Below, one piece after another: positions 37,583 through 47,425 of a stretch of DNA of 64,000 bases (positions within the stretch are counted from its first letter, which is position 1; each line of letters begins with the position of its first letter). The notes beneath the pieces were generated by a model that made no database searches, was not told the origin of the DNA, and saw only the letters and a program-made list of their open reading frames with translations. The stretch lies in the IMG/VR virus record IMGVR_UViG_3300036766_000678, positions 116,417 to 180,416 of that record. One strand, written 5' to 3'. Position numbers and translations under genes: made by a program. Source of the DNA: a virus.

Positions 37583-38245
37583 TTAGAAATTGCACTTAGA
37601 AAGATTTTTAAGATTCTTCTTAGGAATGTTAATTACTTCGTGGGCTATGCCAGTAGATAAGCACTCTTCTGGAAAGAAGTAACGATTCAAACCAGTATTT
37701 AATAATGATAGCCATTCATCTTGACTTATTTTAGTACGAGAAGCATACCAAGAACTCCACCTCTGAAAATACTGTTTGTGCAAATCTGCTTCGGCGTTAA
37801 TTTGAGGAAGTGTTTGGCGTTCTAACATAGCTGACCCCGAATGTGCCATACAAACTGTATTTGGGTATAAAATTCTATGGTCACATGAAAGATAAATATC
37901 AAATGCTGCTGACATTGCTTTCCCAAAAACAACCCCAATAACAGGGACAGGACAAGTTAAAATAGCATCAACAACAGCTTGACCAGCCTCAATAGAACCT
38001 CCCTCGCTATGAAGAAGAAGCTTAATGGGCTTATTATTCTTCTGAGCTAACGTAGTAAGAGGTAAAACAACTCTTTCAATAACATCGTCTTTAATTTCTC
38101 CTGTTAAAAGAATTGTGCGATCTTTTAAAAGAGCTTGATAACTCTCAAAACAAAATTGATCGAACGGAGAAAATTGTGGTTGTTGTTCATTATCATTATC
38201 TTGTGGTTTCATTTTTCTTCTCCAATTTCCCATATTTCCATTCAA
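37583..38245 (-). CDS. clpP: ClpP-like protease (likely start at 38212)
   Basis: DRTILLTGEI, HSEGGSI, GKAMSAA (Ser), MAHS (His), EECLSTGIAHEV. Confidence 0.85.
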   Translation of the reverse strand: MNGNMGNWRRKMKPQDNDNEQQPQFSPFDQFCFESYQALLKDRTILLTGEIKDDVIERVVLPLTTLAQKNNKPIKLLLHSEGGSIEAGQAVVDAILTCPVPVIGVVFGKAMSAAFDIYLSCDHRILYPNTVCMAHSGSAMLERQTLPQINAEADLHKQYFQRWSSWYASRTKISQDEWLSLLNTGLNRYFFPEECLSTGIAHEVINIPKKNLKNLSKCNF

Positions 38246-38477
38246 GGAATTCTAAATTGTCTGGGTACTTTGATAGTAATCTGACATATGCACATAATTC
38301 ATTAACTATTCTTAAAGCTTGGTCAGTATTAAAAGTACCTTTACCATTACGTTCCCAACATCTAGATGCGAATCCTACAGCCAAATGCATATTCTCTACA
38401 TAATTTTCAGCATTCAATATTTGTGGTTTATTTTTATCATGGTCGAAGACTTCTCTTTCTTTTCTTAAATCAAACAT
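38196..38477 (-). CDS. Non-Cys protein carrying the tag
   Basis: Ends KYPDNLEFLEWKY. Confidence 0.65.
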   Translation of the reverse strand: MFDLRKEREVFDHDKNKPQILNAENYVENMHLAVGFASRCWERNGKGTFNTDQALRIVNELCAYVRLLSKYPDNLEFLEWKYGKLEKKNETTR

Positions 38478-38718
38478 TGTTATTCCTATTATATTTCCAT
38501 TCTAAATAATGCAATGAATCTAATTTAAAATTCTCACAATCACAAGATTTTCTAGGGAATCCACCCCTTACTGAACAAGGATGTTTCTGTTCCTTATGCC
38601 CATCTAACCAACATCCAATATTATTTTCATTTTCCCACGTATCTTTAGTTAAATAACAAACATGTTCCCAAAGTGGATGTTTACAAAGGCATAGTGGTTC
38701 ATACTCTTGCTCTATCAT
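38470..38718 (-). CDS. Small Cys/His protein with a variant tag
   Basis: CLCKHPLWEH...CDCENFKLDSLHYLEWKY. Confidence 0.75.
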   Translation of the reverse strand: MIEQEYEPLCLCKHPLWEHVCYLTKDTWENENNIGCWLDGHKEQKHPCSVRGGFPRKSCDCENFKLDSLHYLEWKYNRNNNV

Positions 38719-39011
38719 TAAAATTCATTTTCAAGCTTTTTAGCAAGTTCTGGATTCTGCTTACCATAGTTCTTACCACAGTTCTGACATGCTTTATTAA
38801 CTTCATCCAATGTTATCTCTTTACCAAGAGCTTGAGAAAATTTTACTGCAATATCGTCTTTGAGGCAACTAATTTGGCAGCAATCTTTACATATAGGGTT
38901 ATTATCTAGTATGGGACAGGGATGAAATAGGATGTGATTACCTTTATCACAAACGCATAAAGTACAAACATTTTCAAAATCATACAAATCTTTATTCGTG
39001 TCTTGATTCAT
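38718..39011 (-). CDS. Cys-rich hypothetical protein
   Basis: CTLC, CPI...CKDCC..SC, CQNC; starts inside the upstream gene's tag. Confidence 0.6.
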   Translation of the reverse strand: MNQDTNKDLYDFENVCTLCVCDKGNHILFHPCPILDNNPICKDCCQISCLKDDIAVKFSQALGKEITLDEVNKACQNCGKNYGKQNPELAKKLENEF

Positions 39012-39177
39012 ATAATCGTTCTAAATATTGAAGATTATCTAATTTAAAATCATGATAAGCTACTTCTTCCCCTTTAGACTGATAACAGCCAGAACAATAC
39101 ACATATAAATATAAATTATTATGATTGTTATAGCCATGCCCACAAATACATGGAGCATTATTTCCCATCAAGTTCAC
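38992..39177 (-). CDS. Small Cys/His protein with DNLxYLE tag
   Basis: CICGHGYNNH...FKLDNLQYLERLY. Confidence 0.75.
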   Translation of the reverse strand: MNLMGNNAPCICGHGYNNHNNLYLYVYCSGCYQSKGEEVAYHDFKLDNLQYLERLYESRHE

Positions 39178-39439
39178 ACCACCTATAGCTACAATCTATA
39201 CAAAGATATTCTCCATGAGCTATATAAATAGCTATGCCTTTACAACTTAAACAACGAATGTTAGAGGTCATTTTGTTCTTTTAAAATGGCATCGTAGGTC
39301 TGCTTTCTATTTTGAAAAGAAGAATCCCCAATAATTCGAAGATCTGGATATTTATTAAATAACCAATGTGTTGCCTCTTTCCAACGAATGCTTGGTAAAA
39401 CTTCAAATTTAATTCCCTTGGTAGAAGTATAAATTTCCA

Positions 39440-39817
39440 TTATTTCTCCTTTTTTGGTAATCGAATATTATCAGCATACTTATTATTTTTTGGGTTACGA
39501 TCAAAACCTTTATAATAAAAATTGTCTCCAGTCCTTATTGCTTGTTCATTTCTAAGACATTCATCTCCTTTAGATGTTATTTGATATAAAAACATATCTG
39601 GAGAAATTACATATTGCTTTTTTAAACGATCATTAATTACTTCTGGGTTATCTACTCTTTTAATTAAACCATCCTCAAGGAATTTCTTTATATATCCTTC
39701 AATAATTTTTTGATGCTTCTTCATAGCATGTACAGAGAGAAAGATAATATTATACCAATTATGTGGGCGATTATCACCAAACAAACACAAAAAATTATAC
39801 CTTTCTAATCTTGTCAT
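39440..39817 (-). CDS. Hypothetical protein, possible winged-helix
   Basis: Y-x-IT-x-KG-type wing motif near the C-terminus. Confidence 0.4.
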   Translation of the reverse strand: MTRLERYNFLCLFGDNRPHNWYNIIFLSVHAMKKHQKIIEGYIKKFLEDGLIKRVDNPEVINDRLKKQYVISPDMFLYQITSKGDECLRNEQAIRTGDNFYYKGFDRNPKNNKYADNIRLPKKEK

Positions 39818-39828
39818 AATTTGCTTTT

Positions 39829-40443
39829 TTAAAATACGGGTTCAATATTTGCTTCATCACACCATTGCTGAAGTTTCTTTGTGCTGTACCCACGTTCCAA
39901 TTTACCTGTTTTCTTATTCAAACGGCTAAATGGAATCTTTCCCGCTGGAAATTCTATATTATAAATAGATACACCACTATCACTAAGTTTCTGAATAACT
40001 GTACCTACTCTTCCTACCCAGTTGATCTTCCCTTTACCTGCATTGGGTTGCCACGTAACTCTTACCTTGCTACCAACTCTAATCGACGTTGAAAAAGTAT
40101 TTAGGGATTCAGCTTCTTCTAATTCTTCTTTACTAACTTGATCCAAAGGAACCTCTTCAGTAATTACTTCGTCTGGAACTACTTTCGGTTCTAGGGCCAT
40201 TGCTGGCGCATCAGCTTTAGGGGGCTCAGGACGAGCAGTTATTGGTTGGTTATTTAAGGGTTCCTGAAGAGCTTTTTTAAGGACAGCTTCTGCGGAAGTG
40301 GGTACTTCTACTTGTGTTACATTGAGAAACTTAAGTACCTCTTCTTCAGTTTTACCTGTCATCTTTGCTAACGTTTGTACCATAATCGGATTAATATCAT
40401 TCATTATTGTATCTCCAATACATAATCTACAAACTTTACCCAA
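39829..40443 (-). CDS. Hypothetical protein with an SH3/KOW-like C-terminal domain
   Basis: IRVGSKVRVTW...GRVGTV. Confidence 0.4.
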   Translation of the reverse strand: MGKVCRLCIGDTIMNDINPIMVQTLAKMTGKTEEEVLKFLNVTQVEVPTSAEAVLKKALQEPLNNQPITARPEPPKADAPAMALEPKVVPDEVITEEVPLDQVSKEELEEAESLNTFSTSIRVGSKVRVTWQPNAGKGKINWVGRVGTVIQKLSDSGVSIYNIEFPAGKIPFSRLNKKTGKLERGYSTKKLQQWCDEANIEPVF

Positions 40444-41055
40444 CTACCAGCTCCTGCCGTTTCATGTTTCCAATTTTCCAAGAGAAGATTCAATTCAACA
40501 ACGAGTTGAGTAGCTTGTTCTTTCTTTAATTTGATTTCACCTTTTTCTGTTTTTATCACTATCATATTCGGTCCCCATTAAATATTCTTAGAGGCATAAT
40601 CTAATATATCTTCTTCTAATTTATTAATAAGTCTTATAAGTTCAATATTTTCTTCTAATGTAATCCTTCCAGACTTTTCTAACCAATTAACATAATCATA
40701 TACATTAGTAACTTTTTCTTTAGATTTTTTATTTTTCATTTTCTTTCTCCAATGCTTCAACATGAGAATCAAATTCTTTTTTAGAGACAAGCTTGATGAG
40801 AAGATTATTTTTCATAATTTCTTTAGCTAAATATTTGACAGCATATAACCCGTCTTTTGTATTTGGAACAACAAATACTGCATTAGTTTCCATTTTTATC
40901 TCCTATAATAACTCAATTGTAATAGCGGCAGTAAGTAGGATAGCTCCACCAAGAAGCAATCCAAAATACTTAACTATTCCAATTGCTACACAAACCATTC
41001 CCATTAACATTAGCCAATTCACAATAACTCCTTTACACTACTATATCAGATATTT

Positions 41056-41388
41056 CTAAGCCTGCGGTGGAATAACCTCTGGTATTACCAGAACTTCTAC
41101 TTGAACTGGAGTATTAGTTACTTGTTGTACCTGCTCTGTTGTTGGTTTAATAATCTCTGTTTGGGCTTTCTTTTGGGCATCTTCGGCTTGAGCTTGCATT
41201 TTAGTGATTGTAGCTCCAATCTCCGCTGTAAGTTCTTCTTGGGTAAATGTACCTTTAGTAATTAACAGAGCTTGAATAGCTGCTCCACGGATTTCTTGCC
41301 CAGTAAAAGCTAAGCGTACTGAGTTCTCTAACATTTGAATGTATTGCTTCATTTGATTCATTTCACGAATGATAGTTTCGTCACGCAT
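41056..41388 (-). CDS. Hypothetical coiled-coil protein
   Basis: Clean ORF in the operon. Confidence 0.55.
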   Translation of the reverse strand: MRDETIIREMNQMKQYIQMLENSVRLAFTGQEIRGAAIQALLITKGTFTQEELTAEIGATITKMQAQAEDAQKKAQTEIIKPTTEQVQQVTNTPVQVEVLVIPEVIPPQA

Positions 41389-41389
41389 T

Positions 41390-41863
41390 TTATTTTATCC
41401 TTTTATTCTTTTTATGTTTCTTATCATATTCATTTTCTAAATATTCGAGGTTATCACGATCTTCTGGTTTGGCACATACATTACAGCTACAGTAATACCA
41501 ACCCTGTCCACGAATTTTACCTGGGGTTCCACATGTCTCGCAAGTTGTTATTGATTTCTTTTCTGCGTCTCTTTCAATTTTGTCAAACCCTGGGGGATAC
41601 GTGGTAAAATATAAGCGGAGCCCACCAAATTTTTCCTTTATCTGTGAAAATCGTGGCATCCAATCTCTATCTGCATTTGGATTGTCTTTAAGCCATTTTT
41701 TAATCAAAGGTTCAGCTTTTTGACAGGCATCATGGATAATTTGGTACCAACCATCATTACATTCGCAACCAAATCCCATAAGAGATTGTGTTAATGGTTT
41801 ATTAACATCCCCAAAACATAGAGGAAAATCTTTAACTAATTGTTTTTCTAATTCATTCCTCAT
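41390..41863 (-). CDS. Conserved phage-type protein (QIKEKFGGLRLY...CETCG) carrying the tag
   Basis: Ends CNVCAKPEDRDNLEYLENEY. Confidence 0.7.
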   Translation of the reverse strand: MRNELEKQLVKDFPLCFGDVNKPLTQSLMGFGCECNDGWYQIIHDACQKAEPLIKKWLKDNPNADRDWMPRFSQIKEKFGGLRLYFTTYPPGFDKIERDAEKKSITTCETCGTPGKIRGQGWYYCSCNVCAKPEDRDNLEYLENEYDKKHKKNKRIK

Positions 41864-42051
41864 TTTGGTATCTTTATACAGTCAACAAGTCTTCGACCAT
41901 TTAATCCATTATATTCTGCTGAACATTCACACTCAGGACAAGATTGATACCCTGAAGGCATTTTACTTGCTTCGATTTCAAATTCTTCAAAGAAGTGCTT
42001 ACATGTAAGCTGGGTACAAAGATATAACCAGCCTTTCTTTTTCTTTTTCAT
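41860..42051 (-). CDS. Small zinc-ribbon protein
   Basis: CTQLTC...CPEC. Confidence 0.5.
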   Translation of the reverse strand: MKKKKKGWLYLCTQLTCKHFFEEFEIEASKMPSGYQSCPECECSAEYNGLNGRRLVDCIKIPK

Positions 42052-42052
42052 A

Positions 42053-42517
42053 TTATCTCCTCACAATATTCTTTACATTATCTACTATAAGTTTGCCGAG
42101 GCAGTGATCTATTTCATGTTGTACTATACGACTATCGAAGCCATCAAATCGAAATTGAACTTTTTCTCCATTAAGTAATTGACCTTCAACTTCTACAATT
42201 TTATATCTTTTCACTCTAACAGAAATACCAGGACTGCTCAAGCAGCCTTCTACTTGAGTATCCTTATCCTTCTTACTATATCTGATAATCCTTAAATTTG
42301 CAAGTATCATTTGTTTAGTTTTATTCTCAACACTAAGAATACAAAGATTCTTATTTACTCCAATCTGTGGTGCGGCCAATCCTACGCCATGATTAATTAT
42401 CATTGTTTCTAACATGTCTTGAACTAACTGATTTAGCTCTTCACTATTAAAATTAGTAACCAGTTCTGTTGGTTTATGCAATACTGGATCTGTAAAGAGC
42501 CTAATGGGTCTCAGCAT
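42053..42517 (-). CDS. def: Peptide deformylase
   Basis: GVGLAAPQIG, EGCLS, QHEIDH; compact form. Confidence 0.93.
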   Translation of the reverse strand: MLRPIRLFTDPVLHKPTELVTNFNSEELNQLVQDMLETMIINHGVGLAAPQIGVNKNLCILSVENKTKQMILANLRIIRYSKKDKDTQVEGCLSSPGISVRVKRYKIVEVEGQLLNGEKVQFRFDGFDSRIVQHEIDHCLGKLIVDNVKNIVRR

Positions 42518-42671
42518 ATAAATATTCTAAATAAGCTAAATTTCCGCAGGGACGGTAGTTATAGCAACAGCTAATGCCATCTGTTGGGCAACTTGTACAA
42601 TACATAGAAAAAGAATCATACTTTTCATGTTCTTCAAACTTACAGCCACATTCACACGGTCTTTTTATCAT
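42501..42671 (-). CDS. 56-aa Cys/His protein with tag (not in the ORF track)
   Basis: MIKRPCECGCKFEEH...CCYNYRPCGNLAYLEYLYAETH. Confidence 0.75.
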   Translation of the reverse strand: MIKRPCECGCKFEEHEKYDSFSMYCTSCPTDGISCCYNYRPCGNLAYLEYLYAETH

Positions 42672-42840
42672 ATAGATATTCTAGATATTCTAAATTAGAT
42701 AGTGGAATATAAAACATACTATCTTTTTCACAATTTGTTCCAGTGTCTGGAAAACACCAGTTTGCGGCATTGAAACTGGGACCTCCGATTAGACAGTGCT
42801 TCTTTAATAATTGGTTACAATTTTTACAAGGTCTTTCCAT
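42652..42840 (-). CDS. Small Cys/His protein with tag
   Basis: CKNCNQLLKKH...FYIPLSNLEYLEYLY. Confidence 0.75.
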   Translation of the reverse strand: MERPCKNCNQLLKKHCLIGGPSFNAANWCFPDTGTNCEKDSMFYIPLSNLEYLEYLYDKKTV

Positions 42841-43250
42841 TATAATAGATTCTGGTCCTTGAAATCAGTTATGGACTCAAGGTAGTTGAGATTGTCCAAA
42901 AATTCGAATTCAACATTAGTTAATATGATCTCTGGTAATTCTGTTGTAAGCCATTTCCCTATATTTGTTATTTTAATAAATCTCATACCATCTTTAAAAT
43001 CCACACTCAATGGATGATTTTGAATAAGCAAGGGTGTTTTAACTAAAGCATCGTAAAGTGGATTAGTATTATTTCCATCAATTGTAATTTGCCCTACTGC
43101 GCTCAATATATCTTTCTCCCCTTCTATACCGTTATGCCGCCAACCACCTACAACAAATGCCCAATCAATTGTGAAATGCCCCTGAGTAATGGGATCATGT
43201 CCTTGAACGGGTTGCTTGAAATACTTATTATCTATGTCTCTTTTGATCAT
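42840..43250 (-). CDS. Hypothetical protein with a partial tag
   Basis: Ends FLDNLNYLESIT. Confidence 0.6.
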   Translation of the reverse strand: MIKRDIDNKYFKQPVQGHDPITQGHFTIDWAFVVGGWRHNGIEGEKDILSAVGQITIDGNNTNPLYDALVKTPLLIQNHPLSVDFKDGMRFIKITNIGKWLTTELPEIILTNVEFEFLDNLNYLESITDFKDQNLL

Positions 43251-43338
43251 ACAATTCTTGCGGGAACAGTAAATTTTGGATGAAACCCAAAAGGTAATAA
43301 ATCAAAAGATATCCCACACTTACAAGGAAATCTTCCAA

Positions 43339-43941
43339 TTAGATTATCGGTTTGTTTAGTTGTATCCATTTTGTTATTTCAGGAAGCTGCTCACTTAAGT
43401 ATACATGAAGAACTTCACAATAACCATAGGTTTCTGGTGAGTCATCTTTATTTTGTTCAATAAAAGCTATTAGATCTTGAGCATTAATTGTCAATAAAAA
43501 AGTAGTAAGTAAACCTTGTGGAAGAATTAACTGGGCTTCGCTTGAACATACGCCTTTTTCAAGTAATTTGTGGTAGAAATTAACTACACTGCGATAAAAG
43601 TTACTATACTTAGAAAATAGGTCATTGCAATCCTTATCCCCCATAGACTTAAAGCCAGAGGGGTCAAATTTGTAAAAGAAGGGGGGTATGTATGCTTCAG
43701 AGACATCTGAGGTTAAGAAAGTCTCTAAGGTGCCCAAATGAGCCTTTTGGAAGGTTTGAAGTAAAAGAAGAACTGGTGCTTTAATTTCAAAAACAAATAC
43801 AATATTAGATAATAACCCACTTTCAAATACAAGTTTTGATGGGTCATCCATCTTATATACTTCAATCTGTTCATAAAGCTTTTTCTCTGACCCAATAATA
43901 TTATTTAATTTAATATAACCTGAATTTAGCACCCTCTTCAT
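43339..43941 (-). CDS. Degenerate ThyX-like protein
   Basis: VLNSGYIKL, FVFEIKAP, YIP, LLEKGV...AQLILP, TxN match the ThyX scaffold, but the RHRx7SxR signature is absent. Confidence 0.55.
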   Translation of the reverse strand: MKRVLNSGYIKLNNIIGSEKKLYEQIEVYKMDDPSKLVFESGLLSNIVFVFEIKAPVLLLLQTFQKAHLGTLETFLTSDVSEAYIPPFFYKFDPSGFKSMGDKDCNDLFSKYSNFYRSVVNFYHKLLEKGVCSSEAQLILPQGLLTTFLLTINAQDLIAFIEQNKDDSPETYGYCEVLHVYLSEQLPEITKWIQLNKPII

Positions 43942-44080
43942 TGTATTTGTTTATCCTCTTTTACAATAGTTTTTGTTTCAAGTAATTCGTAGCATCTGGC
44001 ACATCTTGCCACTATAAATATAAAATGTTCTAAATCAAATTGTTTCGCTTGCCCTATGTGTGATCCTGTTTGATTACAAA

Positions 44081-44485
44081 TTAGCATTTAAATTTTTTCT
44101 TAATTTTATGTAGAACGGCTTTTACTGCTTTTAAATATTCTTCTTTAGAAATTTCTATAAAATTTGGATGACAAAATGTCGAGGCATATTCTTTTTTATC
44201 AAAATTTATAAGTACTTTTGCATTGTAATAATTCTCTTCTTCAAAAGAATCAGCAATCAAAGATTCTTTTTCGTATTCTTTTATATAATAATAAATCCAC
44301 CGTAAAGAAGATGCGGCGGCATTTGAATTTTTGCATTTATAATATTTCCCAACACAAGCTTTTATTTTAGGGATCTCTTCTATATCCCTAATTAACTTAG
44401 ATAGTCTATATCTTTCACTATCATATTTACTGAGAACATCTTTAAGACTTTCAATATCTGGTTTCATTTTACATCTTCTCCCCAT
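44081..44485 (-). CDS. Hypothetical protein
   Basis: Clean ORF. Confidence 0.5.
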   Translation of the reverse strand: MGRRCKMKPDIESLKDVLSKYDSERYRLSKLIRDIEEIPKIKACVGKYYKCKNSNAAASSLRWIYYYIKEYEKESLIADSFEEENYYNAKVLINFDKKEYASTFCHPNFIEISKEEYLKAVKAVLHKIKKKFKC

Positions 44486-44820
44486 TCAAAAGTTCCACTA
44501 CCTTCATTATAAGTAGAATCAATTCCAGCATCTTTAAGAATTCCCTGCATCCTCATAGCACCTGCGGGATTCGCGGTGTGGAAATTTATAATTGTTGGTC
44601 TAAGTTCTTTTGGCATACAGGCAAGATAGTAAGCAACTGGTTGGTAAGTTTCTTCACCCATTCGTTGTGAACAACAAACTTTTGGGCAGGCAATTATATC
44701 GTGATCACAACTCACTTCAGTAACGTAACCACTGGCAAGCAAACGAATAGCTTCAGTAATAGTACGAGCTAAAGTCCATCCTTCGGGGCATTTTCTAAGA
44801 TCATCAATATATAAACGCAT
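44464..44820 (-). CDS. Cyclic-phosphate-processing receiver-like (cREC) domain protein
   Basis: LYIDDLR..P.GW..ART..EAI..L...EVSCDHD...HTANP.GA.RM. Confidence 0.7.
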   Translation of the reverse strand: MRLYIDDLRKCPEGWTLARTITEAIRLLASGYVTEVSCDHDIIACPKVCCSQRMGEETYQPVAYYLACMPKELRPTIINFHTANPAGAMRMQGILKDAGIDSTYNEGSGTFEWGEDVK

Positions 44821-45422
44821 TAATCTCTTACCCCGTTTCTGTAGGAAATTAATTTTATCATTACAAATTTCATTTCCTCAACAGTAAGTCTGTCTCCTCT
44901 AGTTCTATTACAAGAGCCACAACAAGGAAGGACATTATCAACAGCATAACCTTTTGAATTATCAATTCTATCTAAACCATAACCATAACCAGATTCATTT
45001 TCTAAAGACTTATTACAATAATAACATGGATTTTTTAAAATACATCCAAATTCTTCTTTTGTTAATAACATATCAAAATGTCTAAGTTTTGAGTGATATT
45101 TTAATAGAGAATATCTAGCTCCAATTGTAAAATGAGATTTTCTTGAATATTCTTTATATTGTTCTGGATGAGCCTTTCGATATTTAGCTGTTGCTCTAAC
45201 ATGTCCTTGACGTTTTTGTTTTAGAGTTAAAATACTCTCATTTAAACAACCACAAGATTTTGTTCCATCTGTTTTAATAGATTGAAGTCTAAGAACTTTA
45301 AGTTTACCACAATCACATTTACAACGAACCCATCTTTCTTTATGCCCCATTCTATTAGGTTTTGTACCCAAATCAGTCATAATAGTTAATAAATTAAATT
45401 TTAATACTATAAAAGTTTTCAT
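44820..45422 (-). CDS. HNH homing endonuclease
   Basis: CKCDCG...TKSCGC; CYYC...GLDRIDNSKGYAVDNVLPCCGSCN. Confidence 0.8.
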   Translation of the reverse strand: MKTFIVLKFNLLTIMTDLGTKPNRMGHKERWVRCKCDCGKLKVLRLQSIKTDGTKSCGCLNESILTLKQKRQGHVRATAKYRKAHPEQYKEYSRKSHFTIGARYSLLKYHSKLRHFDMLLTKEEFGCILKNPCYYCNKSLENESGYGYGLDRIDNSKGYAVDNVLPCCGSCNRTRGDRLTVEEMKFVMIKLISYRNGVRD

Positions 45423-45523
45423 TTATCCCTCAAAAATCATACCACAATATTTACATTTATATTCTATCAGATCTTCATCTGAAACCCACTCAATTACATT
45501 TTCTGATCCACATTCAGGACAAA

Positions 45524-46162
45524 TCATTTATCTTCCCCAAGCATCTGATTAAATAACAAAGGTCTCACATCTCCACCTCTCACTTCAATAAAACTAAAAT
45601 TCTCAAATATCTTAGAGGTAGCAGTAGCCCCAAAGGTTTGCTCAAACGCTTCTGGTGTCAGGTTACTTGTATAAATAGTAGGTAACATTTCCTCTCTGCG
45701 ATACATCATAAGGGCAATAAGCTCTGCCTTGTCCCTGTGAGGGCTAGAAGAGAGTGCCCAGGGTGAAACATCATCCAATAGGAGAAATGGGGCTGTTTCG
45801 ACCATTTCCTTCGCTTTCTTGGCATCCTGAGCAAAGGTATCAACACAAAACTTGAGGTAATTGAAAAAAGAAGTAGAAACGATTTGAGTTATTTTAACCT
45901 GTTCAGTATTACCTTCTCTAGTATAAGTCAGCCTGGGTCCTTTTACTTGCTTTAAAATATAGTATCCAAGGGCTGTTTTTCCTGTTCCATTCTCTTTAGA
46001 ATAAATATAAAGGTTATGGCCTTCTCTTTCTACTTTGGGAAGATTGTTAACATAAAGATTTACTTTGTCTTTAATCTCTTGAAGATTATCTGCTCCAACC
46101 ATTTCTTCAAGTTCAAAGTGCTCATACAAGGGTCTAATATTTGTTTTAACGAGATTAAGCAT
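45524..46162 (-). CDS. DnaC/IstB-like AAA+ ATPase (helicase-loader type)
   Basis: ENGTGKT, LLLDDV, RREEMLPTIYTSN, SKI. Confidence 0.75.
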   Translation of the reverse strand: MLNLVKTNIRPLYEHFELEEMVGADNLQEIKDKVNLYVNNLPKVEREGHNLYIYSKENGTGKTALGYYILKQVKGPRLTYTREGNTEQVKITQIVSTSFFNYLKFCVDTFAQDAKKAKEMVETAPFLLLDDVSPWALSSSPHRDKAELIALMMYRREEMLPTIYTSNLTPEAFEQTFGATATSKIFENFSFIEVRGGDVRPLLFNQMLGEDK

Positions 46163-46427
46163 TAGCAGATCCTATCTCTTTCAAATGTTCCAAATAAGTA
46201 AGATTGTCAATAATTCCTTCCATCAAAACAAATTCTAGATAAGTTCTTATATATTTGTCTGTATACTTACCCAATTTAAATTGTTCTATTTTATCTTTTA
46301 TCATAGATTTACTAAAAGTTTTTCTATATTCTTTTTCATATGTAACTTCTGGAGGATACCCAGGATGCCCTTTCATGTTATCCGGCAGTGGTATATTTAC
46401 TGAAGTAGCCGCACCACTATTATCCAT
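46155..46427 (-). CDS. Hypothetical protein with a partial tag
   Basis: IIDNLTYLEHLK. Confidence 0.55.
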   Translation of the reverse strand: MDNSGAATSVNIPLPDNMKGHPGYPPEVTYEKEYRKTFSKSMIKDKIEQFKLGKYTDKYIRTYLEFVLMEGIIDNLTYLEHLKEIGSANA

Positions 46428-46825
46428 TAAAATTTTCCTTTAGGAAACATTTGATTAACTATTTTCATACATTCTGGATGTTGAGACATTTCTGTTGCAA
46501 ATATGGTAAATGAATTAATATCTCCCATTTCAGCAGAAGCAATAAGCTGCTCTAAAATCTTTATACAAAACCTATGATCCTGTACAAATTTTTCAGAAGT
46601 GACTCTTAAAATATCTTCTGAAACTTCTTGTCCTATCTTATTATACACCCCCCAAGCAACAAATGCAACCCCATAATCTGTAATAGGCAATTTTTCTAAT
46701 AAAAGAATGGGAGTAATAATTACTTCGAGCTTTTGTTTTAATTCATTATTCATTTTACCATTCAATAAATAAGTATTTAACAAGGTGAGCACCCCGATCA
46801 GAAGAAACATGATATCCCCCCTCAT
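46427..46825 (-). CDS. Hypothetical protein
   Basis: Clean ORF, start uncertain. Confidence 0.45.
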   Translation of the reverse strand: MRGDIMFLLIGVLTLLNTYLLNGKMNNELKQKLEVIITPILLLEKLPITDYGVAFVAWGVYNKIGQEVSEDILRVTSEKFVQDHRFCIKILEQLIASAEMGDINSFTIFATEMSQHPECMKIVNQMFPKGKF

Positions 46826-47066
46826 TAAGAATATCTACCACTTTACTAATAACTGAAGAATTATATTCATCAATACTTATATAAATACGATAAAACCCCT
46901 GTCTGGATTGCTGATTAATATCCGCTTCTATTTCATTTAGTAGGTTAGGTAACTGATTTTTAACTGCTTCTTTATGAATTTTATCAGCAATGCCTCTAAC
47001 TTTTTTAGCTGACGTAATGGCCAATAATGGTTGGGCAAGTAACACTACAAGAATTAAATATTTCAT
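46755..47066 (-). CDS. Hypothetical secreted/membrane protein
   Basis: N-terminal signal-like segment. Confidence 0.5.
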   Translation of the reverse strand: MKYLILVVLLAQPLLAITSAKKVRGIADKIHKEAVKNQLPNLLNEIEADINQQSRQGFYRIYISIDEYNSSVISKVVDILNEGGYHVSSDRGAHLVKYLFIEW

Positions 47067-47423
47067 TTAGCACCCACATCCTTCAGAACAATTATAGATA
47101 TCTTCTTCTCCATCGTTATTAATATATTCTACTTTAGGTGTTTCCCCCTCCAAAAAATACTCATAGGTATCACAACCCCAATTGCCATTAGCTGTTTCGC
47201 TTCGAACCAATTTGGGAACAAACACACGCCCGTCAGTTAAAGTAATCTTCGTGCCTTTAACATCTTGGTACATACCATCATCAAGAATAATCTCTTCTGA
47301 GTGTTGTATAAAAATACCTCGTTGTTCTGCTGCTATTTTTAACAACTCAAGAGAAGTCTTACCAGTAAGTTGCTCTAACAACTCATTTACAGATGGTACA
47401 GAATAGTTTTGATCCCAGCTCAT
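47067..47423 (-). CDS. Hypothetical acidic protein
   Basis: Clean ORF. Confidence 0.5.
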   Translation of the reverse strand: MSWDQNYSVPSVNELLEQLTGKTSLELLKIAAEQRGIFIQHSEEIILDDGMYQDVKGTKITLTDGRVFVPKLVRSETANGNWGCDTYEYFLEGETPKVEYINNDGEEDIYNCSEGCGC

Positions 47424-47425
47424 AG

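Noticed and set aside
40793-41059. Plus-strand ORF in an apparent gap
   Set aside because: Two short minus-strand ORFs (MNWLMLMG..., METNAVF...) with SD-like signals fill this interval and fit the operon.
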